Shown piece after piece: positions 1 to 12,040 of a DNA stretch of 64,000 bases. The notes beneath the pieces are model-generated. The model was not told where the DNA came from and did no database searches. It was given only the letters and a program-made list of their open reading frames with translations. Numbering within the stretch: the stretch's first letter is position 1; every line of letters begins with the position of its first letter. The DNA is from Hypanus sabinus (taxonomy: Eukaryota): NCBI RefSeq assembly GCF_030144855.1, contig NC_082715.1, positions 135,160,001 through 135,224,000 of the forward strand, written 5' to 3'. Made by a program: the position numbers and the translations under genes.

Positions 1-2760
1 TTTTCAAGACTCGGACCTGTCCAAATCATATGGATTTGTGAAGCCTCTCCATTGTTACATCTATCGCAATAGGGAGATATATCCGGATAAAAGTGAGATT
101 GCTTGTCTTTGGACACGTGGGCCCTGTGGAACCAATTGTAGGAGGGAGTGGTGAGCACACAGTGATGAAGTGTTAACCAATTTAAACATTTCATTCCAAG
201 TCTTCTCAGAAATTGATATTTGTAATCTTGACCCCATGCATTTTAGTTCTGTCTAAAGGAGCCTCTCTTATTCCCAACAACATGCTATAAATATTAGATA
301 TTGAACCATTCTGAAAATGTATCAAATTAGAAATTACATCTATCAGTTCTTATCAGCAATAGCAAAGGCATCTAAAGCCAGATCAAAGAGCAAAGGGCTC
401 AAAGGACATCTTCGTCTGGTTCCACATTGAAGTTTAGAAGGTTTTGAATTCTGAAAATTAGTAAGAACCCGAGCAGAGGGAGATAAATAAAGTAATTTAA
501 TCCTCTGAATAAAATTAGGCCCAAAGTTAAAATTTTCTGATGTTTTAAATAAATAATTACATTCAACCCAATCGAAAGCCTTCTCAGCATCTAGAGATAT
601 CATGCATTCTGATATCTCCCTAGAAGGCGAATACATAACATTCAGTAAATGATGTATATTAGAATGGGAATAGCGATTTTTAATAAATCCACTCTGATCA
701 TCAGATATGATAGATGGTAAATATTCTCAAGCCCATGAGCCAAAGCTTTGGTTAGAATTTTAGAATCAACATTCAGGTAAGAAATTGGTCTATGTGAAGA
801 GCATTCCGTAGGGTTCCTAATTTTATTAAGAATAAGTGAAATGGAAGCTTCATAAAAAGATTGTGTCAGTCTACCTAACTTAAAGGAATCCAAAAAACAG
901 AACATAAATGTGGTATAAGCAATGAGGAAAAAGCTTTGTAAAATTCTCCAGAAAATCCATCAGGACCCGGAGTCTTCCCGGAGTGCAATGAACATACAGC
1001 CTCTGCATTTTCCTCATAAGAAATAGGTTGATCCAACTGCTTTCGATTATCAACAGAAAGTACAGGGATGTTTAATTGGTCTAAAAATATTCATTACAGC
1101 ATTATCTTTAGGAGAGTCAGAACTATAAAGTTTAGAATAAAATTCTCTAAAGGTATCATTTATTTCTAAATGGTCAGTTGTCCTATTACCATTAGCTTTA
1201 AAAATTTCTTTATTTTGCCATTTAGCAATAAACGTTTTTAAATGGTTAGCCAATAATTTACCTGTTTTATCTCCATGAATATAGAATTGAATTTTATATT
1301 TTAGGAGTTGACTTTCAATTGGATATGTTAAAAGAAGATCATATTTAGTTTTAATTTCAACATGTCTTTTATATAAAGCAGAAAATGGAGCCAAAGCATA
1401 TTTTTGGTCAGATTGTTTCAACAGATTAGTTAAATCAATTCTCTCTTTATTAGCTTTTTTCGTAACACTTGCAGTAGAAGAAATAATTTGTCCTCTAATA
1501 TAGGCCTTAAATCATCTCAAAATAAGACGAGAAGTCACTTCCAGCATATTCTCTTTTAAAAAAGAATAATTTGTTTCTCCAGAAACTTTAAAAGATCCTT
1601 ACCAGATAGCAAAGTTAGAGTAAAATGCCAAAATTATTTATTTGAGGGAGACCAGGAAGGTTTAAAGATAAAAGCACAGGAGCATGGTCTGAAACAGCAA
1701 TCTCTTCATATTCACAGGATTGAACTAATGGAATCATTTGACTATCAATAAAAAATCAATCCTGGAATATGAATGGTGAACATGAGAAAAGAAAACGAGT
1801 ACTCCCTATCTTCTGGATGTGAAAAATGCCAAAATTCAACAGTACCGCATTTAACTAGGAAAGATTGAATAAATAAAGCTGATTTGTTAAGGGTAGCTGG
1901 TTTGGAAGATGACTGATGTAAAACTGGATCTAATCAGCAAAGTCTCTTCCGAAAACTAATGAATAAAGACTCAAATCTGGCAAGAGTGAAAAAGCACTAA
2001 AATAATCCTGGGTCATCTCTATTCGGGGAATAAAGATTAGCAAATACTATTAATTTATTAGCCGATTAATATCAGACATGACTTTACGTTGAACAAAAGG
2101 AACAGTATTATCTATAAAGATTGAAACCCCTCTAGATTTAGCTCGAAAAGAGGGATGAAAAGGCGTGGATTGTCACATTTACATACATGAGTTTCTTGTA
2201 AAAACACAATTGGGACCTTAATTTTTTTTAATATAGGCAAAAGTCTTATTCTATTTCACGGGGTGATTTAACCTTTTCACATTAAGACTAAGTAAATTAA
2301 TAATTTGATCCATTTCTAGTACTATTTAAAAGAAATATTAGGATCATGACCATACTGTAATGTATACTAAAACCAGGCAACGAACCTTGAGATAAGATAA
2401 CCAAGCAACAGATTAGGCTGAGAACCCAACACAACTTCCAGAAAAAGAGCTTTTGCCCCCTCCCTCTTCCCAAAGCCAGAAAGCCGACCAATAGAGAGCT
2501 GGCAGCTACTACTAATAACGTCATCCCCCCAAAAAATCCTGCTATTCTAGCTCCAATCTATATCAAGATTAGCTGCATTCCAACCTAGACAAAACAACTG
2601 AGAAAAAAAACTTAAACCTCATACGAAAAACACACAGAGATTAATTGTTGGTATTTCAAAATAATAAAAAATACATACCCATACTAAGCCTTATTAATAG
2701 AGAAAAACATCAAAAATATCTATAAAATATCAAAAAAAATCAAAATGCATGAACACTAAA
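1..2760 (-). mobile_element. Degraded L1-clade LINE (ORF2 endonuclease, RT and C-terminal remnants), running off the window start
   Basis: Minus-strand ORF fragments: 343-636 SLDAEKAFD...GTRRRCPLSPLLF (RT), 642-905 RPIS.LNVDSKILTK, 1050-1421 GDKTGKLLA. Endonuclease-like QETH/SDH motifs at ~1680-2250. Many stops and frameshifts, plus an internal deletion near 340. Confidence 0.9.
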
Positions 2761-3411
2761 GTGATTAGGTATCAAGGTATTCATGCTCAAGGTATGAATT
2801 CCCAATTAAGAACAAGATTTTAGTTCTGTCTGGAAGTTCAAACAATTCCATTCCTGGAGTCTTTTCCCCACTGAATTCATACACACCCTTTGGCACAACT
2901 TTAAACTCCCAGTGCATGTGTACCCGATTCACAGTGATATTAAGTTCTGAAGTTCAGAGATTTCTGGGTAAGAACAGAGCCATTGAAAGTGTTTACAAGA
3001 ACTGCCCTCACTCTGCCAAATGGCACCAATCAATGTTATGAGAACTCAGTAGCCAGTTTAACCCAACAAGCACTGTACTCAATGTCAACAGGCATTGTGT
3101 CAACAAAGTCAACCCAATTTTTCTGTCAATCAGCTTCCAAATATTGCACTTTATTCATGCGACGCACCCCCTGCTTTATTTCCCTACTCCCTATCATATG
3201 CTCTTAGACCTTCCACTGAACAGAGCCCAGAGCTCTGCCCTGTGCTGACTGACCAGTCTGCTCTGTTAAACATCCAACAAATGGCTCACCATTCTGCTTT
3301 CAGACTTTAGAGGACAGTGGCGTATTTTAACAAATAAGCTGTGTGAGATACAGTCCTTTGGAAGCAGGTAAACTGATCCAAACCATTTAAATGATCAGGG
3401 AATAATGAGAG

Positions 3412-4203
3412 TGTTATATGGCTATCCCCTTGTAATAATGATCAGAGAGGGGGAGAGAGAATCTGTATTTCCCAACAAGTAACCTTTATTGTCTCAACTA
3501 AAAAGCACGTGGGCTTACAAACCAATTAACTGTGTGCACACCCACCAGAATTCCCCAATCCCCCATGAACAGTCAATGAACAGGAAAGGAGAATACGCTA
3601 ACCAGGCGTTTCTTGTGGACCCAACCTCCACGTATCTGTGGGATCTTCCTCAGCCATGATGGTTGGTCTCTGGTTGCTGGAGTGTTATTGCTGTTATACA
3701 TTTGGATCTCCAGACTTTTATCATGTTCATCATCAGTTCAACTGATGGATCTTATCCCCATGGCTCAAGATCACCTAACCTACCTGGTTCATGTTCTTAC
3801 TGGCTCTAGTCCAGGGCTACAACCTATGTTGTTCCATGGTTTCAGCCCTCCACCTCCCCAGCCTTTTGTATATATGTCTTTCAACCCTGACTGGTCCAAA
3901 CGAGTTAAACTAGGCGACTCAGACACTCAGTCTAATGAGATTACAGATTGCTTCTTTGGCAGGTCTGGCACTTCACATAATAAATAGCTACTCGTCTGAG
4001 AATGGTCTCCAGTTTAGCAGGTCATTATCTAAAGCTCCTTGTGTCCACATACAATTGCTCTGGTTAGATTACCCTTACCCCAGAGCAAGAATCAGTTCAG
4101 AGTTCACAAAATGGGGGAAACAAAGACCATAGGTTCGTCTGCTTCCCCCGTTTTTGATTAATCTGAATCCACTGATTTGTAGATTGCTGTTCCTTCTGGC
4201 CAA
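3412..4203 (-). repeat. 3' LTR of ERV-like copy 1
   Basis: Aligns over ~750 bp with 17810-18650 and, inverted, with 41690-43319. Ends ...TATAACA on the minus strand, with minus-strand AATAAA at ~3485-3490. Confidence 0.75.
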
Positions 4204-4399
4204 GATCACCCTGCTGTTGATGCAAAGATATTTACTTTAGGATCCTTTCCTTCTCTCATTCAGTTGACTGCCATGGAACCCCAGTAGGTGTGTAACATTT
4301 ACATTCTACAAATAATACTAACATTTACTTACTAAATTTACACACCATACTGACAATAGACTTTACTGTTTCATGAAAATATTATCCTCTAGATTTTGC

Positions 4400-5476
4400 A
4401 TTATTTCAGCCTTCACCTTCTCAGCTGATATTCATTAAGAATTACAATAATCAGTGTACATACAATTTGTATTACAGCAACATGCAATACTATTCTCACC
4501 CACGGATGTATTTGAACATTTGTTCCCCAGTTCCAAAAGTTACTCCAAATGCCTGGGTCACACAATATTTCTTTTGCCTTACCAGCATGTGTTTTAATTA
4601 CTTTAGTGTGTTTAGTTCATTGATGGATCATCTCCCTTGCCCCCTCCACAACACTTGTCCAGTCTGCAGTCAAGTGAGGAATTGGTGGCAATTCAGTAAT
4701 AACTTAGTCTCACAGATATTGATCTGCATCAGAGTATTGGATCTTGAAGTTCTCCTTCATTACTATCTCCTGCTGGCTGTGACAAAGTTGGTCCTGCAAT
4801 GGCCAGATCCAATGTTGCATTCCCAATGGCAACATTCAGACTTTCCAAAGGGCATGCTTCCATCACTTTGTATAACTTGCGTCTACTGTTGCTATATAAT
4901 GTCTGTCCCACCAATGCAAATTGTAAGACAGACTGATTATTCACAGGCAAAGTAGACAATGAACAATTTTCTTAAGTACTGAAACCACAATTTGTAAGTT
5001 TCTGCTTTGTCATTTTGTCTGGACAGGACGAGTGGTCTCTTGATAATTCTGTCTCTTTCCCAGTACCATTCATAACAATAGCATGTGTTGGTGGGTTACT
5101 TAAGGATATCCATGTATTCTCATAGTTACTAACACTGTGAACCCTTTTCAATGGTAGATTGAGTTAATTCCATGTTGGGGAATGTGGAATACTGCACTGA
5201 CATAAAACCTTCCTTTACCATCATCGCAGGTACCCAGTACCCTGTTGGGTATTGTGAGGCTTCTAGTATGACACAATTGTGTCCTTTCTACAACCCATTC
5301 TTCAAGTTGCTCATCGGATACCCATTTTGGTACTTCATGTGCATCAATTTGTAATAAATTAGAGCCAATCATGGTAGCAACCAACTAGTATATGTAACAC
5401 ATATCTCAGTTATATGCATTTCCTTAGACATTTACGTCTATGTGGTCAATAATCAGATTGGTTGTATCTTGAAGGG
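4400..5476 (-). pseudogene. env: Env-like gene, C-terminal part (ectodomain, Trp-rich membrane-proximal region, transmembrane helix)
   Basis: ORF pieces 5148-5384 and 4729-4959. Manual translation gives VFHIPQHGINSIYH-KRVHSVSNY...RDHSSCPDK...NCGF, then GIWSNFWNWGT (~4525-4556) and hydrophobic VRIVLHVAVIQIVCTLIIVIL (4437-4499). It lies immediately upstream of the 3' LTR. Confidence 0.7.
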
Positions 5477-6167
5477 TGTTATGTACACAAAATGGTTTAA
5501 AAGAACCGGCAGCAATAGAATACACCTGGAGTCCGGCTTTGATGCTAAAATCCTCTATTTATTAGTAACTACGTAATATACTATAAAGTCTTATGATGGT
5601 AATGTAAGAAAGTTCAGTTCAATGCACGGAGACGTTGGGTGCGGGGGGTGGGAAAGAGAGAGGTATCTGTAATCGAAGGAGAAATACACAATAGGAGAAG
5701 AATGAATAAACAGGTGCTGTTGGATTTCCATAATTGGACTCCGAATCCACTCTCAAATTAGCCAAACGTAGCTTATCACAAACAGTACCGTCTTCGAGAG
5801 AAAGCTACCACCCAGGCAAGGGTAAACACACTGGCAGCCTTCACAGGGTCAGCCCTTCTACACACTGTGATAGACACTGATCGATCCTCAACCCACCCTT
5901 GTGGACATTCGAAAGTTTCACCCAATTACTTTTCTGTCCTTGGCTTCCTTTTTTGTGACTGGCCGCCTGAACCAGTGTTCCATTCTGTGTCTCTCTGCAA
6001 GAGAGTCATCTGACCTTGCTTAAATAAACACGCTGCAAAACATCTGTAAACATCAATTGTCCATCATATAACTCCACTTCTCTCAAAATAGCAATCCAGA
6101 AGCAGGCAGCAGTACTGCAGTCAGTTTTTCTCTCTCTCTTTTAAAGGCACAGTCCATGTCCATCACA
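5477..6167 (-). repeat. 3' LTR of Gmr1-like element
   Basis: Direct repeat of 10892-11676 with a ~90-bp deletion. Purine-rich tract (minus strand GGAGTGAGG) abuts it at 6168-6176. Confidence 0.9.
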
Positions 6168-9100
6168 CCTCACTCCAAAAGGGAACATTTTGATCAAGGA
6201 GCAAGATTTTTAACTGTAGTTTATAGAATGTGAAGCAATACATATGTAACTATCAGGTAACACATTCCAGAAGCGTATACATACTTTAACTTAACACGCG
6301 GATAAACAATCTGCGATAATGTTATCGGTACCTTTTACATGATTTATTACCATGTCATATTCCTGCAAAATCAGACACCAGTTCAACAACCTTCTATTCT
6401 TGTCCTTTATCTTACTCAGAAGCACTAATGGATTATGATCAGTGTAAACCACAAATGGTTTCTGTGCGGGACAAACGTAGACATTAAAATGTTGCAAGGC
6501 CAAAATGAGTGACAACAACGCTTTCTCGATAGTGGAATAATTCTTCTGATGTTCATTAAATTTCCATGAAAAGTAAGCTACTGGATGTTCAACATCATCA
6601 TCATCATTCTTTTGTAACAACACTGCTCCAGCAGCTTCGTCACTGGCGTCCACAGCTATAGAAAATGGCTTTGTAAAATCATGTGCTCTGAGCACAGGTT
6701 GATAACATACGTTTGTAGAATAGTATTTAATTGATCAAACGCCTCCTGACAAGGTTCAGTCCACACCAATTTTTCACCCTTCTTAAGTAGATTAGTTAGG
6801 GGAAGAGCGAGATCAGAACAGTTTTTACAAAACTTACGATAGTGTCCAACCATTCCCAAAAACCTTCTTAAAGCCTTTTTACCTATTGGAATAGGAACCT
6901 CAGCATTTGACTGAACCGGAGCCAATTGGCCTTGACCTACTACATAGCCAAGACATGTAACAGCAGCATGGCCAAATTCACTCTTAGCTAGGTTGACAGT
7001 AAGGTGGGCCTTGGAGAGCCTGTCAAATAGTTTTTCTACTGCCAAGATATGTCCTTTCCACGTGTCACTCCCTACATCTAAATTATCAATGTAGGCATCT
7101 GTATTTTCTAAACCTCAAATCACAGAATTAATTATTGTTTGGAATGTTTCAGCAGCATTTTTCATTCCAAAGGGTAAAACATTATACTCATACAGTCCAA
7201 AAGGTGTTACAAACGCAGAAATTTCTCTGGCTCTTTCTGTCAACAGAACACACCGGTACGCTTTTAACAGGTCAATCATCATAAGGAATGTAGCCTTTCC
7301 AACCTTATCAATACAATCATCCACCCGAGGGATAGGGTAAGCATCTGTCTTTGTCACTCTATTTACTTTCCTATAATCAGTACAAAATCTCACACTACCA
7401 TCAGGCTTGGGGACAATAACACAAGGTGACACCCAATCAGATGTTGACGGACTAACAATACCATTTTTCAGCATGTATTCAATCTCTTGCTCAGCCAATT
7501 TACTCTTCTCTAAATTCATCTGGTAGGGGTGCTGCTTAATTGGGTCAGACTGACATACATAAACATTATGCATAGCAGCAGTGGTTTGCTTGGGCACATT
7601 GGGAAATAAATCCACATACTCAAGAAGCAACTTTTCAATTGTTTTTGCTGCCATGGCTGCGGATGGCTTAATTTTTATCATATTGACTGGGCTTTCAACA
7701 GTCGATTGTTTTAATAATATAATTTAAAGAATCAATTTTAGAAATTATTTGGTACGGCCCACTAAACTTTGCTTGAAGCGGATTGGTCAATATTGGAAAC
7801 AGCACCAGCACTTTGTCGCCCACGTGGTATGTCTGCTCTCGAGCTCCTTTACCATACCAGATCTTCATTTTATTTTGACAACTTTGTAGGTTCTGTTTTG
7901 CAAGGTTACATACCCTGTTGAGTCTACCCTTGAATTCCAAAACATAACAAGCTGACATGCATCTTCTCATCAGACCAGTGTTCACTGAGCAAGGTCAAAG
8001 GTCCTCTCGCTCGGTGACCAAACATGAGTTGAAATGGATTAAACCCTAACAACACCTGCACTGAGTCCCTTACAGCAAACAGGAGCAAATGTACCTCCTC
8101 ATCCCAATCTTTCCTATTCTCAATACAGTATGTCTTAGTCATTGTTTTAAGGGTAGAATGAAATCTTTCTAAATTTCACTGGGATTCCAGGTGATATGCA
8201 GACGATGTAATTTGTTTAGCTCCCACTTCATAAACTATCTGCTGGAATACTCCTGAGGTAAAATTACTGCCCTGGTCGGATTGAATCTCTCTGGGCAGAC
8301 CAAACAAGATGAAAAACCTAATGAGGGTTTTCACCACAGTTTTAGCCTTAATATTCCTGAGAGGGATCACTACAAGGATCCTAGATGCAGTGCACACAAT
8401 GCTTCACAAATACTGATGGCCAGCTGCAGTCTTTGGCACTGGGCCAACACAATCCACTAGGATTCCGGAAAAAGGTTCTCCAAAAGCAGGTATAGGCTGA
8501 AATGGGGCCACTGGGATGGCCTGGTTAGGTTTATCAACAACTTGACGAGTGCGACAGGTCCTGCAAAAGGTCACAAGATCTTTCCTTAAATTAGACAGCA
8601 AAATCCCTTCATAATCTTGTTCACAGTCTTCTTCACTCCGAAATGTCCACCTGAAGGCATTTTATGAGCCGAAGTTAAAATCTCAGTCCTATATCGACTT
8701 TAGGAACTACAACTTGGAGAACAATTACCCATTCCTCGCTCACAGGTACAGTAGGTGGTCTCCACTTCCTGATCAATACTCCATCCTTGCTATAATACCC
8801 TACTGGCACTTTCTTAATCTCATAATCTGAGAGAGCTGTTTCTTTGAAAGCTTCAGTCTCAAAATATTGATTCAGTTCTGCTATAACCTCCTTCCCAGAC
8901 AAACCTTTCTCATCAGACTTACTACCTACATCCTGTTGAAAAATAGAGGGTAGAAAAGGTGTTGAAAAGTCAAACATCATAACCTGAACCCTGATTTTGG
9001 CTATCATGGGCATCAGAATCAAATTGCCCAGAACTGTCTGTGTCGGCAGACCTTTTAGTCATACTTCGGGTTACTGCACAGGGGGGATAAACATCAGAAT

Positions 9101-9759
9101 CCACATATGGATCATCAGTGGCAGGTTTGCTTGCTAGCTGCACTGCTGGATAATCTTCACCACCTGCAAGGTCATGGCCCAACAACAAAGAACCATTCTT
9201 CAGCAGTAATTCAGGTTCTATCCCTATCTTAACATGTCCTGATACTAATCCGGACTCCAAAATCACCTTATGCAGAGGCACGGAACCAGTCCCTTTCCCA
9301 ATACCTCTAACAATATTGACTTCACCAGTTTTTGTCTCATCACCAAACTCCAGAACACTGTCCAATATAAGGGGCTGAGAAGCTCCAGTATCTCAAAAGA
9401 TCCTCACTGGGACTGGGGTTGACCCCTCCTTTATGGACACAAACCCATCTGATATGAAATGATCGAATCCCTCCTTAACTCGGTCAGACCCTCCAACCTT
9501 AGCGGTGCCTCAACAGACTGAACACAGGCATTCGGGACTGCCTTCTTTTCCTTGGGATGCATCTCGACCAATCTGATTAGTTTGTAGCTGATCTTTATAA
9601 TTTTCTCTAGTAATATCTCGTATTTTCTGCTGGAGAGACTGTATCTGGCTTTCTAATTCTGCTATGTTTATGGTGATGACTCTTGCTACCCCTTCTACCT
9701 TTGATGGAAAATTCACTACTGCTTAGTTTTCAGGACTGCCTTCTTTTCCTTTTCCTTTC

Positions 9760-10860
9760 TCTTCTTCAGAATGGAACAATTAGTCATCATATGACCCAGT
9801 TTCTTAAAATAGTACCAAGTAAGACTGGAAGATTTCTCCCTCAACTGCTTCCCATCGTCCTTATTTCTGTCACTTGTCCCTGATTTAATTTCTTGCTTAC
9901 CCTGCGGGTTATCCCTGCTACTCTTTTGGAAGCTTTATTTGGGGTAAACTTAACCTTGTGGGTTAAAGCATACTCATCAGCTAGTCTAGCAGACGCATGC
10001 AAAGAGGAAGCATCCTTATCAACTAAATTTGTCTTTACCTCATCAGGTTTTGAAAACCTGAATCAAAACTAACTCTTTCAAGCTGTTAAAATCATCATTT
10101 ACATTTTTAGAAGTGCACCTGTGACCAAAATACACAAACTTCTCATAAGCAAATTCCACATAAGTCCGGTTCACAGATTTCCTCAAATTCCTAAACCTTT
10201 ATCTGCAGGCTTCCAGAACCAACTGATAAGTCTTGAGCACAGCCTCTTTCACTAATTCGTAATCACCTGTCTCTTCAAGTGATAGGGCTGAATAAGTTTG
10301 TTGTGCTTTACCCTTAAATACAATTTGTAACAAAACAGGCCAGTCGTCTTTCCGTCACTTTCGATTTTGAGAAATTTATTCAAAATGCAGGAAATATTTA
10401 TCAACTTCTGTTTCTTCAAATGGAGGTACCAACTTCAACTTCTTGACTGGCACTAAACCAATCACCAGGGTCTAACAGTAGATCTCCTTGCTGCAATCCC
10501 TATCTTTTCCAACTGCCTCTTTTTATCTGCTTCCACTGCCTTGAGCTGTTTTAATTGCACTCATGCCATCTTTGCCTATCCTCAGCTGCCATCTTGAATT
10601 TTTCTACCTGAAGCTGAATCTCAACCTCAGTAGATTTACTTTCAGCAAACATGTCCAACACATCTTCCTCAAACACTTTCTTGGATACATAATACTCCAC
10701 TATTAACGTCTAAATCTGAGCCTTCCTCATTTTAGTGTTCCCCTTAAGTTTTAACTTTTGAGCAATTTCCAACAGCCCAGCCCTCTTAGCGTCATCCAAT
10801 GCTTCAGGGGCTGGCTTTGCCAGAAACCTATCAACCTCCATTGCTGCGATCTTCTACTCA
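9760..10860 (-). pseudogene. gag: Gmr1-type gag remnant (capsid region related to the SCAN domain)
   Basis: Manual translation KLVPPFEETEVDKYFLHFE...DWPVLLQIVFKGKAQQTYSALS...YELVKEAVLKTYQLVLEACR.RFR, the typical Gmr1 gag/SCAN-like signature; contains stops. Confidence 0.75.
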
Positions 10861-10891
10861 GATTATTAATCAATCAATAAGCCCCCAAATT

Positions 10892-11676
10892 TGTTACATG
10901 CATGCAATGGTTTAAAAGAACCAGCAGCAATAGACTACACCTGGAGTCTGGTTTTGATGCTAAAAACCACTATTTATTAGAAACTACTTAATTTAGTAAC
11001 TTAAACCAGGTAAATCAAAAGATAGCAGTGTTATGCATATACATGTATGTAAATATGATTCCCAAAGTCATTCAAGCTCCAGTGGCAAGATTTAAAGTCT
11101 TATGATGGTAATGTAAGAAAGTTCAGTTCAATGCAGAGTTGGTTTGGGGGAGGGGGGGAAGAGAGAGGTATCTGTCAGCCAAGGTGAAATCCTCAATAGG
11201 AGAAGAATGAATAATCAGGTTGGTCTTCCCTCGTCAAACTCCAAATCCACTCTCGAGTTAACCAAACGTAGCTGATCACAAAGGGTACTGCCTTTGATGG
11301 AAAACTACCACCCAAGCACGGGTAAACACACCGGTAGCCTCCACAGGGTCAGCCCTTCTACACACCATGATGGACACTGAACGATTTCCCTGGTCGATCC
11401 TCAACCCACCCTTGTGGGCACTGAAAAGTTTTACCCAGTGACTTTTCTGTCCTTGGCTTCCTTTTTTTTTGACTGGCCGCCTTAACTGGTGTTCCACTCT
11501 GTGTCTCTCAGCAAGAGAGTCACCTGATCTTCCTTAAATAAACACGCTGCAAAGCATCTGGAAACATCAATTGTCTATCATATAACTCCACTTCTTTCAC
11601 CATAGCAACCTAGAAGCAGGCAGCAGTAGTCAGTTTCTCGCTCTCTCTTTTAAAGGCACAGTCCATGTCCGTCACA
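10892..11676 (-). repeat. 5' LTR of Gmr1-like element, followed by partial tRNA-Pro-like PBS
   Basis: Repeat of 5477-6167. Minus-strand TGGGGGCT follows the LTR at ~10880-10887; the tRNA-Pro PBS begins TGGGGGCTC. Confidence 0.9.
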
Positions 11677-12040
11677 AGGGGCTTCAGAAATTTAACCATA
11701 TCCAGAGTTACTTGGGATGCATCTCGACCAATCTGATTAGTTTGTAGCTGACCTTTATAATTTTCTCTAGTAATATCTCGTATTTTCTGCTGGAGAGACT
11801 GTATCTGGCTTTCTAATTCTGCTATGTTTATGGTGGTGACTCTTGCTACCCCTTCTACTTTTGACAGACTTAAATTCACTACTGCTTAGTTACCTTCCAA
11901 AAAGGTGAATAAATTATTGCTCCATTGTAGGTGAGCACCATTACTTCAGTGAGATTAAAACTTACCTGCACATGCTGGTACCCTGGTACCGAAATGACAA
12001 ATTCCACATATCTTCTAACACTAATCTTATCCCGTTCGTA
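11677..12040 (-). pseudogene. env: Env-like gene, N-terminal part with heptad repeat
   Basis: INIAELESQIQSLQQKIRDIT...QVTLDMVKFLK. In copy 2 (47381-47420) this frame continues directly into sequence matching 5440-5476 (LQDTTNLI). Confidence 0.65.

Larger units (their letters stand above)
5477..11676 (-). mobile_element. Full-length degraded Gmr1-like Ty3/Gypsy LTR retrotransposon (gag-PR-IN-RT-RNaseH order)
   Basis: TG...CA termini; 4-bp TSD AGGG at 5473-5476 and 11677-11680; two LTRs. Protease region ~8970-9420, IN 7695-8675 (VDCVGP, SDQGSNF), RT 6656-7681 (PKPDGSVRFCTDYRKVN), RNaseH 6291-6695 (VDAS, YTDHNPL, ADCLS). Confidence 0.93.

Noticed and set aside
2780-3400. Possible host exon or unknown element between the L1 and the ERV LTR
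   Set aside because: Only short ORFs without motifs; nothing supportable.
4467-4955. 162-aa plus-strand ORF
   Set aside because: Antisense to the env remnant, with no recognisable domain.
4400-5476. Domesticated (syncytin-like) env gene
   Set aside because: Multiple stops and frameshifts, a 6.2-kb insertion, and the second copy is truncated.
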